From IMG/VR virus record IMGVR_UViG_3300007171_000004, positions 32,001 to 96,000 of that record: 64,000 nucleotides of DNA; one strand, written 5' to 3'. This DNA is from a virus. Taxonomy: Duplodnaviria; Caudoviricetes. The notes below the pieces were generated by a model, which worked only from the letters and a program-made list of their open reading frames with translations, did not search any database and was not told where the DNA came from. Shown here one piece after another: positions 7,738 through 17,744 of this stretch (position 1 is its first letter; each line of letters opens with the position of its first letter). The translations under genes and the position numbers were made by a program.

Positions 7738-10581
7738 TTATGCCTCTTCTAATAATAATTGTACGAAGAAATTCGCATGAGTTGAATTCAATGCTGTAAA
7801 GTTTAATCTAACTTTATTACCCGAAGCTAATGTTGTTTGTGAAAAAGTTGTAGTAAAAGCTTCATATGTAGAAGCTCCAGTAATACTCAAAGCAGAAGCC
7901 ATCATATTACCTGTAGCAGAAAATGCTGATGTACCGGTGTAGTATTCCACTTGTATTGATGTCGTGCCAGAAGATGGGGTTTCTACTCTTACAAATAATT
8001 CTCTTACATTATATGACACAGATGTTGATCCATCTGCAGGACTATCAGGTATTCTCAACACAACAGAATCTGCACCTGATGCAACAGGGGTAAATCCAGA
8101 ACAGAATGTCAGATACAGAGGTCTTTTTTGTCTAATAGCAATAGAACCATTCCCATTAGTGATAGCAACACCAGAACCAGCAGTTAGAGTTGCTTTAGTA
8201 AGAGTGTTACCTGAAGTATTTCCTATTAATAATTGACCATCAGTATAAGTTGTTTGACCTGTTCCGCCATATGAGACTCCAATAGTTGAAGCATTCCATG
8301 TACCTGTTGAAATATTACCAGAATTATTAATCACAAATACATCAGTTGTATTTAAAATAGCCTTAAATATAGCAGCTGTTTGAGAAGTAATTCCTGTGAC
8401 AGCTAATGGTATTACACCTGTGCCTGAAGCTGTTATTGTTAAGTTAGTTCCTGTTGTTGCGTAATCTAAAGCAGACGCATCATCAACAGTAGTACCAGCT
8501 GATGGATAATATGCAATTTTGCCAGAAGCACCTGAGTTTACTGTTCCTGATCCCGTGCCCGTACCAGATAAAAGATTTGTTCCAGCTCCATTGGCACATG
8601 CAGTTAGATCAATGTAAGCTCCTCTTGCATTGCCACCTGTCTCAAAAAATCTTAATTTATTTTGATATACGTCGATAGTTACTGAAGTTGTTAAAGTTGA
8701 CCCTGAAGAAGGAAGAGCTAAAGTAATTTCTCCACCTTCATTGGCAATAGATTGTGTAGAACTTAATAATGTTGCAGAAAATACTCCTGTAGATGTATTT
8801 AGAGTTACAGAAGGAGGAAAAGATAGTGTTCCAGATCCGTTTGTTGCTAAAAATGTAGTTGTGCTAGCAGTTCCATCAGCACTAGGCAATGTCCATATGA
8901 GATTTGATGTGATTGCGTCTGGAGCCTTAAATCCAACATAATTAAGACCATTCGCAACTAACTCCATAAATCTTAATTCAGATGTGCCAGGAGTTGTATT
9001 ACCATAAGCACCTAAGCTAAAATAAAATGCTTCACTTTGAGGAGATAATCGAATTCCACTTTCAGAATCTACAAAAAAGTTTACATATTTACTTGTATTA
9101 AGACCAATTCTAAGAGGAATATTAAGAGATGTTCCAGTGCCAGCCCCAGCATATGATGCTATTCCAAAATTTGCTGAACTTGTTGAAGCACTTTGATTAT
9201 CTACAATAATACCAAATGTAGATATACCATTAGTCGCATGTGTTCCTGTAGATGATATATATAAACCAGTCCTACCTGTAGCTCCTGCTGTACCTGTCAT
9301 GGCTACATTGATCATCCTACCAGATGTTATTGAGTTGGAAGAAAGATGTAATCCATAACCTGTAGTGAGAGAGTTTGTAACCAATGACAAAGCAGAAGAT
9401 GTAGTTTGGCCTGTAGAATTTCCAGATGTGAAAGCATTTGAGGTAGCTGTAAGGGTTGGAACTACTGAAGTGTCAATAGCAATAGTTCCAGAGGTTGTAA
9501 TTGTTCCACCAGTAAGACCAGTTCCAGCTGTAATACTAGTTACCGTTCCTGTACCTGCTGCTGGTGTGTCCCAAGATAATACTCCTGATGCACCAACTTT
9601 TAAAAATTGCCCACTTGTTCCCACGGTAGATGGTAAGGTCCACATTACACTTGAGGAAATAGTGTCAGGAGCCTTAAATCCTACATAATTTGCACCAGTA
9701 AGAGCATTAAATCTAAGTTCATATGTACCGGAACCAGCATCATAAGGAGATAAAAGAATATTATTATAAGAGATTCTAACTTTTTCTGTTAATACTTCAG
9801 TACCAGATCCATTAGTTTTAAATACAAATGCACCACGATATGAAGCTGCTGTTACGGATGCTAATATTCCTTCAAATGCAAGATTTCGTACTAAAGTCCC
9901 ACCATCATTTTCAGTTTTAAAAATAATACTAGATCCTAAACCATTAGCAGCAGTAGCGGAAGTTGTTCTCTCTAAAGATATCGTTTCTTTGACAGTATCT
10001 GTACTAGCATCTTCTATAAATTTTACTGATAATGGATATCCGCTACTACTGCTGTTTAACTGCAATCCATAGCCCGTAGTGCCATCAGCAGAAATATTAA
10101 ATATTGTATGACTTCCTCCTGAATTACCAATACTTAAAATATTTTGATCTACTGTTTGATTGCCAGCTCCACGAAGAGTTAATCTGATTCCTCTTTGCCC
10201 AGAAACATTACCTTCAACCTTGATCGTACCACCATTTGTAATAGAAAGTAAATCGTTAGTATTAGTTGCACCACCAGTAATTGTAACTGTTCCAGAAGCA
10301 CTTATAGAGGTAGCGGAAACGGCCCACCTATAAGCATCCGAACCTAATTCATGACCATTTGTGCCTGGAATTAACGTACCAGAGGCTGAATCATTAATAG
10401 TTACTCTGGTTACCGGGTCATTAGGAGCAGTTCCAGCAGTTCCACCAAAGGCTCCTGAATAACCAATGAAATTAATTTTATCTGAAGCATTGCCAGATAT
10501 TGCTATTGATTGGGCTGTAGCTTGATTATCATTCCAATAAATTTGTCCATTAGAAGGATCTATAATAACATCAACAGCCAC
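7738..10581 (-). CDS. Tail fibre-like protein (947 aa)
   Basis: GTVTSITAGTGLTGGTITTSGTIA fibre motif; two ELRF...GFKAPD...WTLP modules; GTG start with GAGGT RBS. Confidence 0.75.
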   Translation of the reverse strand: MAVDVIIDPSNGQIYWNDNQATAQSIAISGNASDKINFIGYSGAFGGTAGTAPNDPVTRVTINDSASGTLIPGTNGHELGSDAYRWAVSATSISASGTVTITGGATNTNDLLSITNGGTIKVEGNVSGQRGIRLTLRGAGNQTVDQNILSIGNSGGSHTIFNISADGTTGYGLQLNSSSSGYPLSVKFIEDASTDTVKETISLERTTSATAANGLGSSIIFKTENDGGTLVRNLAFEGILASVTAASYRGAFVFKTNGSGTEVLTEKVRISYNNILLSPYDAGSGTYELRFNALTGANYVGFKAPDTISSSVMWTLPSTVGTSGQFLKVGASGVLSWDTPAAGTGTVTSITAGTGLTGGTITTSGTIAIDTSVVPTLTATSNAFTSGNSTGQTTSSALSLVTNSLTTGYGLHLSSNSITSGRMINVAMTGTAGATGRTGLYISSTGTHATNGISTFGIIVDNQSASTSSANFGIASYAGAGTGTSLNIPLRIGLNTSKYVNFFVDSESGIRLSPQSEAFYFSLGAYGNTTPGTSELRFMELVANGLNYVGFKAPDAITSNLIWTLPSADGTASTTTFLATNGSGTLSFPPSVTLNTSTGVFSATLLSSTQSIANEGGEITLALPSSGSTLTTSVTIDVYQNKLRFFETGGNARGAYIDLTACANGAGTNLLSGTGTGSGTVNSGASGKIAYYPSAGTTVDDASALDYATTGTNLTITASGTGVIPLAVTGITSQTAAIFKAILNTTDVFVINNSGNISTGTWNASTIGVSYGGTGQTTYTDGQLLIGNTSGNTLTKATLTAGSGVAITNGNGSIAIRQKRPLYLTFCSGFTPVASGADSVVLRIPDSPADGSTSVSYNVRELFVRVETPSSGTTSIQVEYYTGTSAFSATGNMMASALSITGASTYEAFTTTFSQTTLASGNKVRLNFTALNSTHANFFVQLLLEEA

Positions 10582-10590
10582 TTAATACCT

Positions 10591-10851
10591 CTACTCTTTT
10601 ACGATGATGCAATTGGTATATTCTAATAACTTAGCAATGATAGCAAGACTTAATTCTGTATTGCTTTTACCAAGATCATTGTATTCATCACCTTGAATTA
10701 CAAATAAATTTTTAGATATAACTTGTTGTTCTAGGTTTAAAAATGAAAATACCATTCTTATACCTGATTCAAGATCTATGTTGCCTGTTTCAATAGAGAT
10801 CCAGGCAACATTCGGGTTATCTTTTTTATATACTCTGAACAAATGCATCAC
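10591..10851 (-). CDS. Hypothetical protein (86 aa)
   Basis: Overlap-coupled ORF within the fibre operon. Confidence 0.65.
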   Translation of the reverse strand: MMHLFRVYKKDNPNVAWISIETGNIDLESGIRMVFSFLNLEQQVISKNLFVIQGDEYNDLGKSNTELSLAIIAKLLEYTNCIIVKE

Positions 10852-13481
10852 TGCTCAATTTCTAGTGGAGCGTCCAATCTAGCACCGTGAACAACATAAT
10901 CCACTTTAATTGTTTTTAATTTTCTCATTACGAAGTTGCTAGATAGTTGTATTATAAAATAATGTTCTGTTTTTTCCACTAAATGAACTGCATATGGTCC
11001 CCAAGATGTAAGTTGAACAGAGTAATTTTCACCGACTAATTTATGCCAATATTCTGGAAGTTCTACCTTAAGTTTGTCTTTACCCTCAACTGTTCCTCTA
11101 TGATATACTCCATGTTCAGGGCCTTCAAGAACACCGTATACAAGTCTCATTCCTTCTTTTGTCGGGTGAGGAATATCAAAGCTCTTAGTTGTTGCTCTTA
11201 AGTTTCCACTAGCATCAACGGAGAATTTAGAGGTTCCTGATGAATTTAATCCTCTTATAAAATAATCTGAAGTAGAATCATTATCTGTAACATGTGTAGT
11301 GATTGTCAAATAAGTTCCAGATGATAATGCAGATGAGGATGTGATTGTTGAGGCTCTTCCTAAAGCAATTGTGGTTGCATCATCAACAATTGCAGAATTT
11401 GCAAATTGGGATGATGCTGTCGTCCAAATTGGCACAGTATTGTTTGATAGTGAGCCAGCATTTTTGAGTGATATTGTATGATCTATTGTCTCACCGGAAG
11501 TGGCTCCAGAAGATGCAATACCCGATCCTGCTGTAATAGATGCAACATAATTACCAGTTGTATCCGTACCAAGAGCAACAGAGTTAGCAGCAATTGAAGC
11601 GACTCCGCCAGATGTAACTGTAATGTCACCAGAAACTTTACCAAATACATAATCTGAAATTCTTGTTGCAGAAGCTTTACGATTAGTACCAGCTCCACCA
11701 TCATCAACAATAAATAAATCTGCATCTGCTAGGGCAGCTCCAATATCAGTACCACCATCGATATCTAATGCTGATAAACTTACCTTGTTAGCAGTGGTAA
11801 TAGTTGCTAATTTAGTGTCTGATATCGCTGCAGATGCATTGATATCTGCATCAACTATTGCTCCTGCTGTTATTGCTGTTGTAAGAGATACATTGCCTCC
11901 AGATGTATATGTAACACCAGTAGCAGTAATATCTCCAGTTAAAGCTACAGTACCAGAAGTAGCTAAAGATGTAGCTGTTGTGGCATTACCGGATAATGCA
12001 CCATAAAATGTAGTAGCTTCAATGTTACCTAAAGTTCCACCAAAAACTTCAGATGTGTTAGTTGCATCTGGAATAAACATGAATCTTTGGTTATCATCAT
12101 TAAATCCAAAGAAGCCAATTTTTGCTGCAGTACCATTATGCCATCTAAATTCAATACCACGATCCTTACTATCGTCTGATGCAGGAGCTGTGTCTCCGCC
12201 TAATGTAAAGACTGGGTCATCAATGGTGACAGTAGTAGCATTGACTGTAGTAGTAGTTCCATTTACTGTTAATGTACCAGCAACAGTAAGGTTGTCATTT
12301 ACAGTAACTGTACCTCCTACTGAATCAAGAGTTAAATTCCCAGATGATGTATCGATCGTTCCTGATGTATTACCTACTCTGACACTGTTAGCAGTAACAG
12401 AAGCAAATGTAACTGCTGAGTTTGTTGCTACCGCTTGTCCAATAGCTACTTGAGTTCCAGTTACAGTAACACCAGTTCCAGCTGTAACAACCGTAATATC
12501 CGAAGAACCGTTAAATGATACTCCTTGAATATTTCTTGCTGTTTGAAGTGTTGTAGCAGTCGAAGCGTTACCAGATAAAGCACCGGTAAATGTTGTCGCT
12601 GCTATAGATGTTAAACCTGAAATGGTTGTAGCTGTAGCACCTAATGATATAGTTGTTGAACCAATTGTCACACTAGAGTTTGTCAAAGAAGAATTTGGAA
12701 TACTTGCAGTTGCAATAGTTAATGTATCTGTAGTAGCATTAATAGTACATGTTATACCTGCTCCTGCAGTAAACGTAAATGTATCAGTAGAAGTATCAGC
12801 AACAGCGGTATTTGTACCGTCTGTCATATTTTGGAAAATATTTTGCGCACCAGCGAGATCAGATGTATATGCAATCGAATTAGCTGTAGTTCCATCACCA
12901 ATAACTAATCTTGTTCCAGTCCAACCTAAATGGCCCCTAGTTGTTGTTGTTTGAGAAACTCCAGTGCTAGTACCAAATTGTATTGATGCGGTATTTGTAG
13001 TTTGTTCTAATACTAATTTTGCGGCATCAATTGTACCCGAAAATGGGTGCATCCAAATTCTTGCAATTGTTTGTCCTGTAGGTCCTCCATATGTTGCTGA
13101 AGGAGAATAATATGTACCGTTATATCCACCAATTGCTAAAACAGGTTCTTCGTTAGGAGATGCATTTTCTACATAGTTAAAGATAGTAGTTCTGAAGTTT
13201 GTATCAGTGTTTGTAGAACCTTGTGTTGTGGGTTTACTCCAATAAAAGTTAATCTGAGATGTAGAATCAGCAGAAGTGCCACCACCAGGAATAACAACAA
13301 TATCTTTCCCATTAGCACTCGCACCAGGAGTACCAGAGTTAGCAGCCATTGTTTGGAAATCTTGACTTTGTGCAGTAACTTCTTCTGGAGCTGCTTCTAC
13401 AACAACATCTTCTGTCAGATCTACCGCTAAATTCTGCTTTTGAAGTTTCTTTACAACTTTATCTGAAAAATTATCAGCCAT
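10848..13481 (-). CDS. Tail fibre-like protein with conserved KSF.I.HP...LEGPE C-terminal domain
   Basis: FTGALSGNASTATTLQTARNI fibre repeats; C-terminal ATTKSFDIPHP...GVLEGPEHGVYHRG. Confidence 0.8.
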   Translation of the reverse strand: MADNFSDKVVKKLQKQNLAVDLTEDVVVEAAPEEVTAQSQDFQTMAANSGTPGASANGKDIVVIPGGGTSADSTSQINFYWSKPTTQGSTNTDTNFRTTIFNYVENASPNEEPVLAIGGYNGTYYSPSATYGGPTGQTIARIWMHPFSGTIDAAKLVLEQTTNTASIQFGTSTGVSQTTTTRGHLGWTGTRLVIGDGTTANSIAYTSDLAGAQNIFQNMTDGTNTAVADTSTDTFTFTAGAGITCTINATTDTLTIATASIPNSSLTNSSVTIGSTTISLGATATTISGLTSIAATTFTGALSGNASTATTLQTARNIQGVSFNGSSDITVVTAGTGVTVTGTQVAIGQAVATNSAVTFASVTANSVRVGNTSGTIDTSSGNLTLDSVGGTVTVNDNLTVAGTLTVNGTTTTVNATTVTIDDPVFTLGGDTAPASDDSKDRGIEFRWHNGTAAKIGFFGFNDDNQRFMFIPDATNTSEVFGGTLGNIEATTFYGALSGNATTATSLATSGTVALTGDITATGVTYTSGGNVSLTTAITAGAIVDADINASAAISDTKLATITTANKVSLSALDIDGGTDIGAALADADLFIVDDGGAGTNRKASATRISDYVFGKVSGDITVTSGGVASIAANSVALGTDTTGNYVASITAGSGIASSGATSGETIDHTISLKNAGSLSNNTVPIWTTASSQFANSAIVDDATTIALGRASTITSSSALSSGTYLTITTHVTDNDSTSDYFIRGLNSSGTSKFSVDASGNLRATTKSFDIPHPTKEGMRLVYGVLEGPEHGVYHRGTVEGKDKLKVELPEYWHKLVGENYSVQLTSWGPYAVHLVEKTEHYFIIQLSSNFVMRKLKTIKVDYVVHGARLDAPLEIEQ

Positions 13482-13485
13482 ATTA

Positions 13486-15660
13486 TTATCCCTTATCTTG
13501 CTCCAAAATTAGTTTTTGATCTTTACGATCACCTACGCAAAAATAATCAAATTCAATTTTAATTTTTCTCAAGAATAGTAATCCTGTCCTTGAGATTTTA
13601 AATGAATTTTGTGACTGAGAGACTACAAAAAGAGAAGAATTACATCTTGAAGTGATATAAATGCTATAATTTTCTTCTACAAGGTCTTTCCAGTAATCAG
13701 GTAGTTGAATAGTGACATAATTTATTCCACTTGCCCTACCTCTAACATATGCTCCGTGTTCTGGTCCTTCAAGAGATCCATGTTCTAAAAGCTTGTCTGG
13801 ATATGAAGGATGATCAATTAAGAAGCTTTTGGTTGTTGCTCTAAAATTGCCAGCTACTGTTATTTGAGTAGCTCCTGCATTTTGTGATATTATAGAATCC
13901 CCTAATGAACTGGTATTTGTCCACATTGGGATTGCATATTGAGTACCGCCTCCAGAAATAGTTCCAGATGATGCTGCCCCCCAAGAAAGAGTAACATTTC
14001 CTCCTGATACTGAAGCTGCAGTTAATACTTGGTTTAAAGCTGGGGCAACTGCTGGTAATGTATATGTAATAGATTGAGCATGAATATCTGGAGCCTTAAA
14101 TGCTGTATAATCTGCTCCATTTGCTGCTAATTCATAAAATCTTAATTCTGTTGTTGATGCTGTTGGAGATAAAGATACAGTGTTATTAAAATCTCCACTA
14201 GTAGCATATAAATTCCATCTATTACTACTTCCACCTAATGCTAATCCTGATGTTGTTGGCAAGAAAGAACCTGAAGGATTAATAAAAGATAAAATCGCTG
14301 AAGAACTATTTTGTATTTCTAAAAGATTTGCAGTTTGAGATGTAGCGCCCTTAATCTTGAGACCAACAGCAGAAGCAGAACTTAAGAATATGCTTGTATC
14401 TGCATTAGGACCAACTATAAATCTATCTACACTGGAAACTGCAAATTGAGCTAAATTACCTGTATATGTGCCAAAATTATTTATATTAGCATAGAGAAGA
14501 TTTGTAGCATCCCAACCATTAGAAGAATTGTATCCAGTAATGTTAATTACTAAGTTACCATAACCACCAAAATAACTTCTTTCTCCACCACCAGGACTAC
14601 TAATTCCTAAAGTTCTTGTATTATCGGACCATGAAGAAGCTTGAACAGAAATTCCAGAAATCGAAGTAGTGCCATTAGAAGCGAAAAAAGATTTATTAGT
14701 TGTTTGATATAAATAAGCGCCAGAGGTGGAAAAATATATAGTATTCCCAGTCCATATTTGTCCAGTTACATTTAATCTATTACCAGCAAAATCTATACCA
14801 GTATTTTGAGAAAGGTTTTGAATCGCATTACCAGCTATATATCCACCTTTAGAAACAAAGAAAGTTTCATTTCCATCGCCGTAGAGAGAAATAGATCTTA
14901 CTGTTAGTGTATTTCCAGCGGTTGTGATAGCATTATAAATAGCACCATCAGAAGCAACTCTATATTTAATTGCACCTGTACTATCTTGAAGTTCTAAGAG
15001 ATTACCTGTTTGAGAAGCGAAACCTTTGACAACAATACCAACTTGAGATGCAGCATTAGTTTCTAGGAATAATTTGGATGATACTGTCCCTGCTGCTGTT
15101 AATCCTAAATTTCCTGCTGAAGTTAATCTAGCTTTTTGTGTCCCGCCGAAGTACCATACAAAATCATCTGTACTTCTGGCAATAGATTCTAATTGATTAT
15201 TACTGTATCCGAATCCTGAAGAGTTTGTTCCATCGTAATATAATCTTAATTTAGGATTCGCTCCAGCTGTTGAAGAATATGTACCGCCTAAAGATATTGT
15301 TAATGGGGTGGCGGTGGATGCAGCTGTATTTGTTCCTGCTGTGATTTTAAAAGGTGGTGTAGCTCCAGCAGTGCCAATTCCAATGTTTCCTGAATATTCT
15401 GCTAATCCTATTGTTCCATCTGCATTAACTCTAAAAGATGGAATACCTGATATATCTGAAACAGCAAAAATCCAGCCTGAAGATAGGTTATTATTGATAG
15501 AAAGTAATTGGCCAGCTGTTCCTTCAAAAGATAGAGTATTATCATCCAAAACTCTCAATAAAATAGGGTTATTACTTTGACCTGTAAACCTAATAAATGG
15601 AGTGTCAGTGGAGGAATTTCTGTTGGGGATTATGCGAATATTTTTATCTGAATTAGCCAT
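13486..15660 (-). CDS. Tail fibre-like protein with the same C-terminal domain
   Basis: GNIGIGT fibre motif; ELRFYELAANG..Y.AFKAPD module; ATTKSFLIDHP...GSLEGPEHGAYVRG. Confidence 0.8.
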   Translation of the reverse strand: MANSDKNIRIIPNRNSSTDTPFIRFTGQSNNPILLRVLDDNTLSFEGTAGQLLSINNNLSSGWIFAVSDISGIPSFRVNADGTIGLAEYSGNIGIGTAGATPPFKITAGTNTAASTATPLTISLGGTYSSTAGANPKLRLYYDGTNSSGFGYSNNQLESIARSTDDFVWYFGGTQKARLTSAGNLGLTAAGTVSSKLFLETNAASQVGIVVKGFASQTGNLLELQDSTGAIKYRVASDGAIYNAITTAGNTLTVRSISLYGDGNETFFVSKGGYIAGNAIQNLSQNTGIDFAGNRLNVTGQIWTGNTIYFSTSGAYLYQTTNKSFFASNGTTSISGISVQASSWSDNTRTLGISSPGGGERSYFGGYGNLVINITGYNSSNGWDATNLLYANINNFGTYTGNLAQFAVSSVDRFIVGPNADTSIFLSSASAVGLKIKGATSQTANLLEIQNSSSAILSFINPSGSFLPTTSGLALGGSSNRWNLYATSGDFNNTVSLSPTASTTELRFYELAANGADYTAFKAPDIHAQSITYTLPAVAPALNQVLTAASVSGGNVTLSWGAASSGTISGGGTQYAIPMWTNTSSLGDSIISQNAGATQITVAGNFRATTKSFLIDHPSYPDKLLEHGSLEGPEHGAYVRGRASGINYVTIQLPDYWKDLVEENYSIYITSRCNSSLFVVSQSQNSFKISRTGLLFLRKIKIEFDYFCVGDRKDQKLILEQDKG

Positions 15661-15719
15661 ATCTGATTATTCTTCTACATTAATATTCGCTTTATCTGGA
15701 ATTGATTCTTCTAGAAGGG

Positions 15720-17069
15720 TTAAATGCCATATCTACCCCTTAAAGCATTGAAATTTGATAAGATTTCAGTTGATGTTAAAGCTCTGTTGTAAACTTTAAA
15801 ATGTCCAATTCTAATATTGCTAAAAATAAACGTTCTATAAGATGCTATATATAAACCCGAACTGGAATAAGATGGATTTATATGAGTACCTGCAACATTT
15901 GTTCTATCAATACCATTTACATAAATTCTTACAGAAGATCCATTTCTTACATCTGAAACCATATACCAAACACCTGTAGTAAAAGTTCCTGCAGCTGTAG
16001 TAGTAGCTTGCATAGCACCAGATTGATTCGTACCAAAAAAATAACTACCATCAGAACTTAACTGCGTATAATATCCATTACTCTGATAATCACCTTTGTA
16101 ATATGGAATTGGACCTTGGGTAGGCTGATTCGTTGTAAAGCTATTGATATAAATCCAATAAGAATATGTAAAGCTTTCTGAGGTAAATCCAAAAGGACTA
16201 TTGTAAACTAAAATATGATCATTAGTACCGTCAAAATTTAAATATCCACCATTATTAGAGCTAAAAGTTGGACCATTAACAAGTAATCCAGGATAGTTAT
16301 TAATTGTACTTTGAATGTAAGTAGTTGGATTTCTATACGACAATGCTGTAGATATATCATAATTTAAAAGAAGACCGTTTTTAACAATATCTGCTTTGTA
16401 AGAATACCTATCTTTTGTAGCATTATATAATTGTGCTACTTCTGCTGCGGATAAAGCTTTGTTATAGATTTGGACACTTGATATAAAACCTCCAAAATAT
16501 CTGTTGTATCCAGTTCCAATTCCAACATTTACAAAAGAAGTAGGCCAAAGAGTCCAAGAAGAGCTAGAAACATTTAAAGAACCGTTCAAATATCCAATAA
16601 AAGAATTAGTAGATTGATTCCAAGTAACTAAAACATGATACCAAGTGTTTACATTAATTGTTGAAAAAGTTAATGAAGCCAATCCACCAGAACCAATCCA
16701 TACTTTTAAAGATCCAGCAGATTCTCCAATTTCAAATCTTAAAACATTAGTATTGAATCCATTATAATTAGTTGAAAAAGGATTTGTAATAACTAATTGG
16801 ACCTCTAAACAATTCATCCAAAAGCTAATTGTTCCTTGAGTTGTAAATGTGCCTAAACTTCCAACATTAATAAAGTCATCTACACCATCAAAAGAAAAAT
16901 ATCCAGATAAATTTGAGGAATATCCCGTGCCGTTTGTTAAAGTTTCTACTGCACCTGTAACAATATCATTTACATTTGTACCAGATCCAGAATAGCTTTT
17001 TGCATTTCCAGCATCTATTGAAAAAACAAGCCCGTCTAAAGGAATACTAGGAGAAGAAAAAACACCCAT
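15720..17069 (-). CDS. Tandem LamG / ConA-like lectin domain protein (2 domains)
   Basis: Two units of GLV..DA....SYSG...FDG.DD/DH...W...YN.YNKALS/RALT..E....YNA. Confidence 0.85.
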   Translation of the reverse strand: MGVFSSPSIPLDGLVFSIDAGNAKSYSGSGTNVNDIVTGAVETLTNGTGYSSNLSGYFSFDGVDDFINVGSLGTFTTQGTISFWMNCLEVQLVITNPFSTNYNGFNTNVLRFEIGESAGSLKVWIGSGGLASLTFSTINVNTWYHVLVTWNQSTNSFIGYLNGSLNVSSSSWTLWPTSFVNVGIGTGYNRYFGGFISSVQIYNKALSAAEVAQLYNATKDRYSYKADIVKNGLLLNYDISTALSYRNPTTYIQSTINNYPGLLVNGPTFSSNNGGYLNFDGTNDHILVYNSPFGFTSESFTYSYWIYINSFTTNQPTQGPIPYYKGDYQSNGYYTQLSSDGSYFFGTNQSGAMQATTTAAGTFTTGVWYMVSDVRNGSSVRIYVNGIDRTNVAGTHINPSYSSSGLYIASYRTFIFSNIRIGHFKVYNRALTSTEILSNFNALRGRYGI

Positions 17070-17734
17070 TATAAATATCTTCCTTTTGTGGCATTGTAAT
17101 TTTGTAAGATTTCTTGTCGTGAAAGGGCACGATTATATATCTGCACAATTGAAATATTTCCATTGTAATAATAAGAACCTGCATTTTGGCCAATACTTAA
17201 AGTTCTTCCTGATATCTGCAAAACACCAGAAGCAGTAAAAGTAGTATCTACAACTCCATTTATATATTGAGTACATAAACCAGAATTTCTAGTCAAACCA
17301 ACTAAATTCCAAAGACCAGTGCAGATATCAATAGTTCCATTTTTTGGCACTCCAGCAACCCAATTTCTTAAAACACCAGAATTTATTGCGGTATATATCA
17401 AATAACCCGTGCCATTTCCATCATCTAAACTCATAATTGTAGAATAATTTGACTTAAAAGAAGTTTTATGCCAAGCTAATATTGTAAAGTCACCTGTTCC
17501 TATATTAAAAATATCATTAGGAAGAAATGATATAAAGTCATTAGAGCCATCAAATGTAAACAAACCATTATTATTTGAACTAAATCCAACACCATTATTC
17601 AAAACACCAATATAATTTGAATTACTTATATTTGTTACATTTGTTCCACTACCGCTATAACTTTTAAGATTAGCAGCATCAAGATATAAAACTAACCCAT
17701 CTGTGATAATAGATGGGTTATAAGCAACAGCCAT
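17069..17734 (-). CDS. Single LamG / ConA-like domain protein
   Basis: GLVLYLDAANLKSYSGSG...FDGSND...IYNRALSRQEILQNYNATKGRY. Confidence 0.85.
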   Translation of the reverse strand: MAVAYNPSIITDGLVLYLDAANLKSYSGSGTNVTNISNSNYIGVLNNGVGFSSNNNGLFTFDGSNDFISFLPNDIFNIGTGDFTILAWHKTSFKSNYSTIMSLDDGNGTGYLIYTAINSGVLRNWVAGVPKNGTIDICTGLWNLVGLTRNSGLCTQYINGVVDTTFTASGVLQISGRTLSIGQNAGSYYYNGNISIVQIYNRALSRQEILQNYNATKGRYL

Positions 17735-17744
17735 GAGAATTTAC

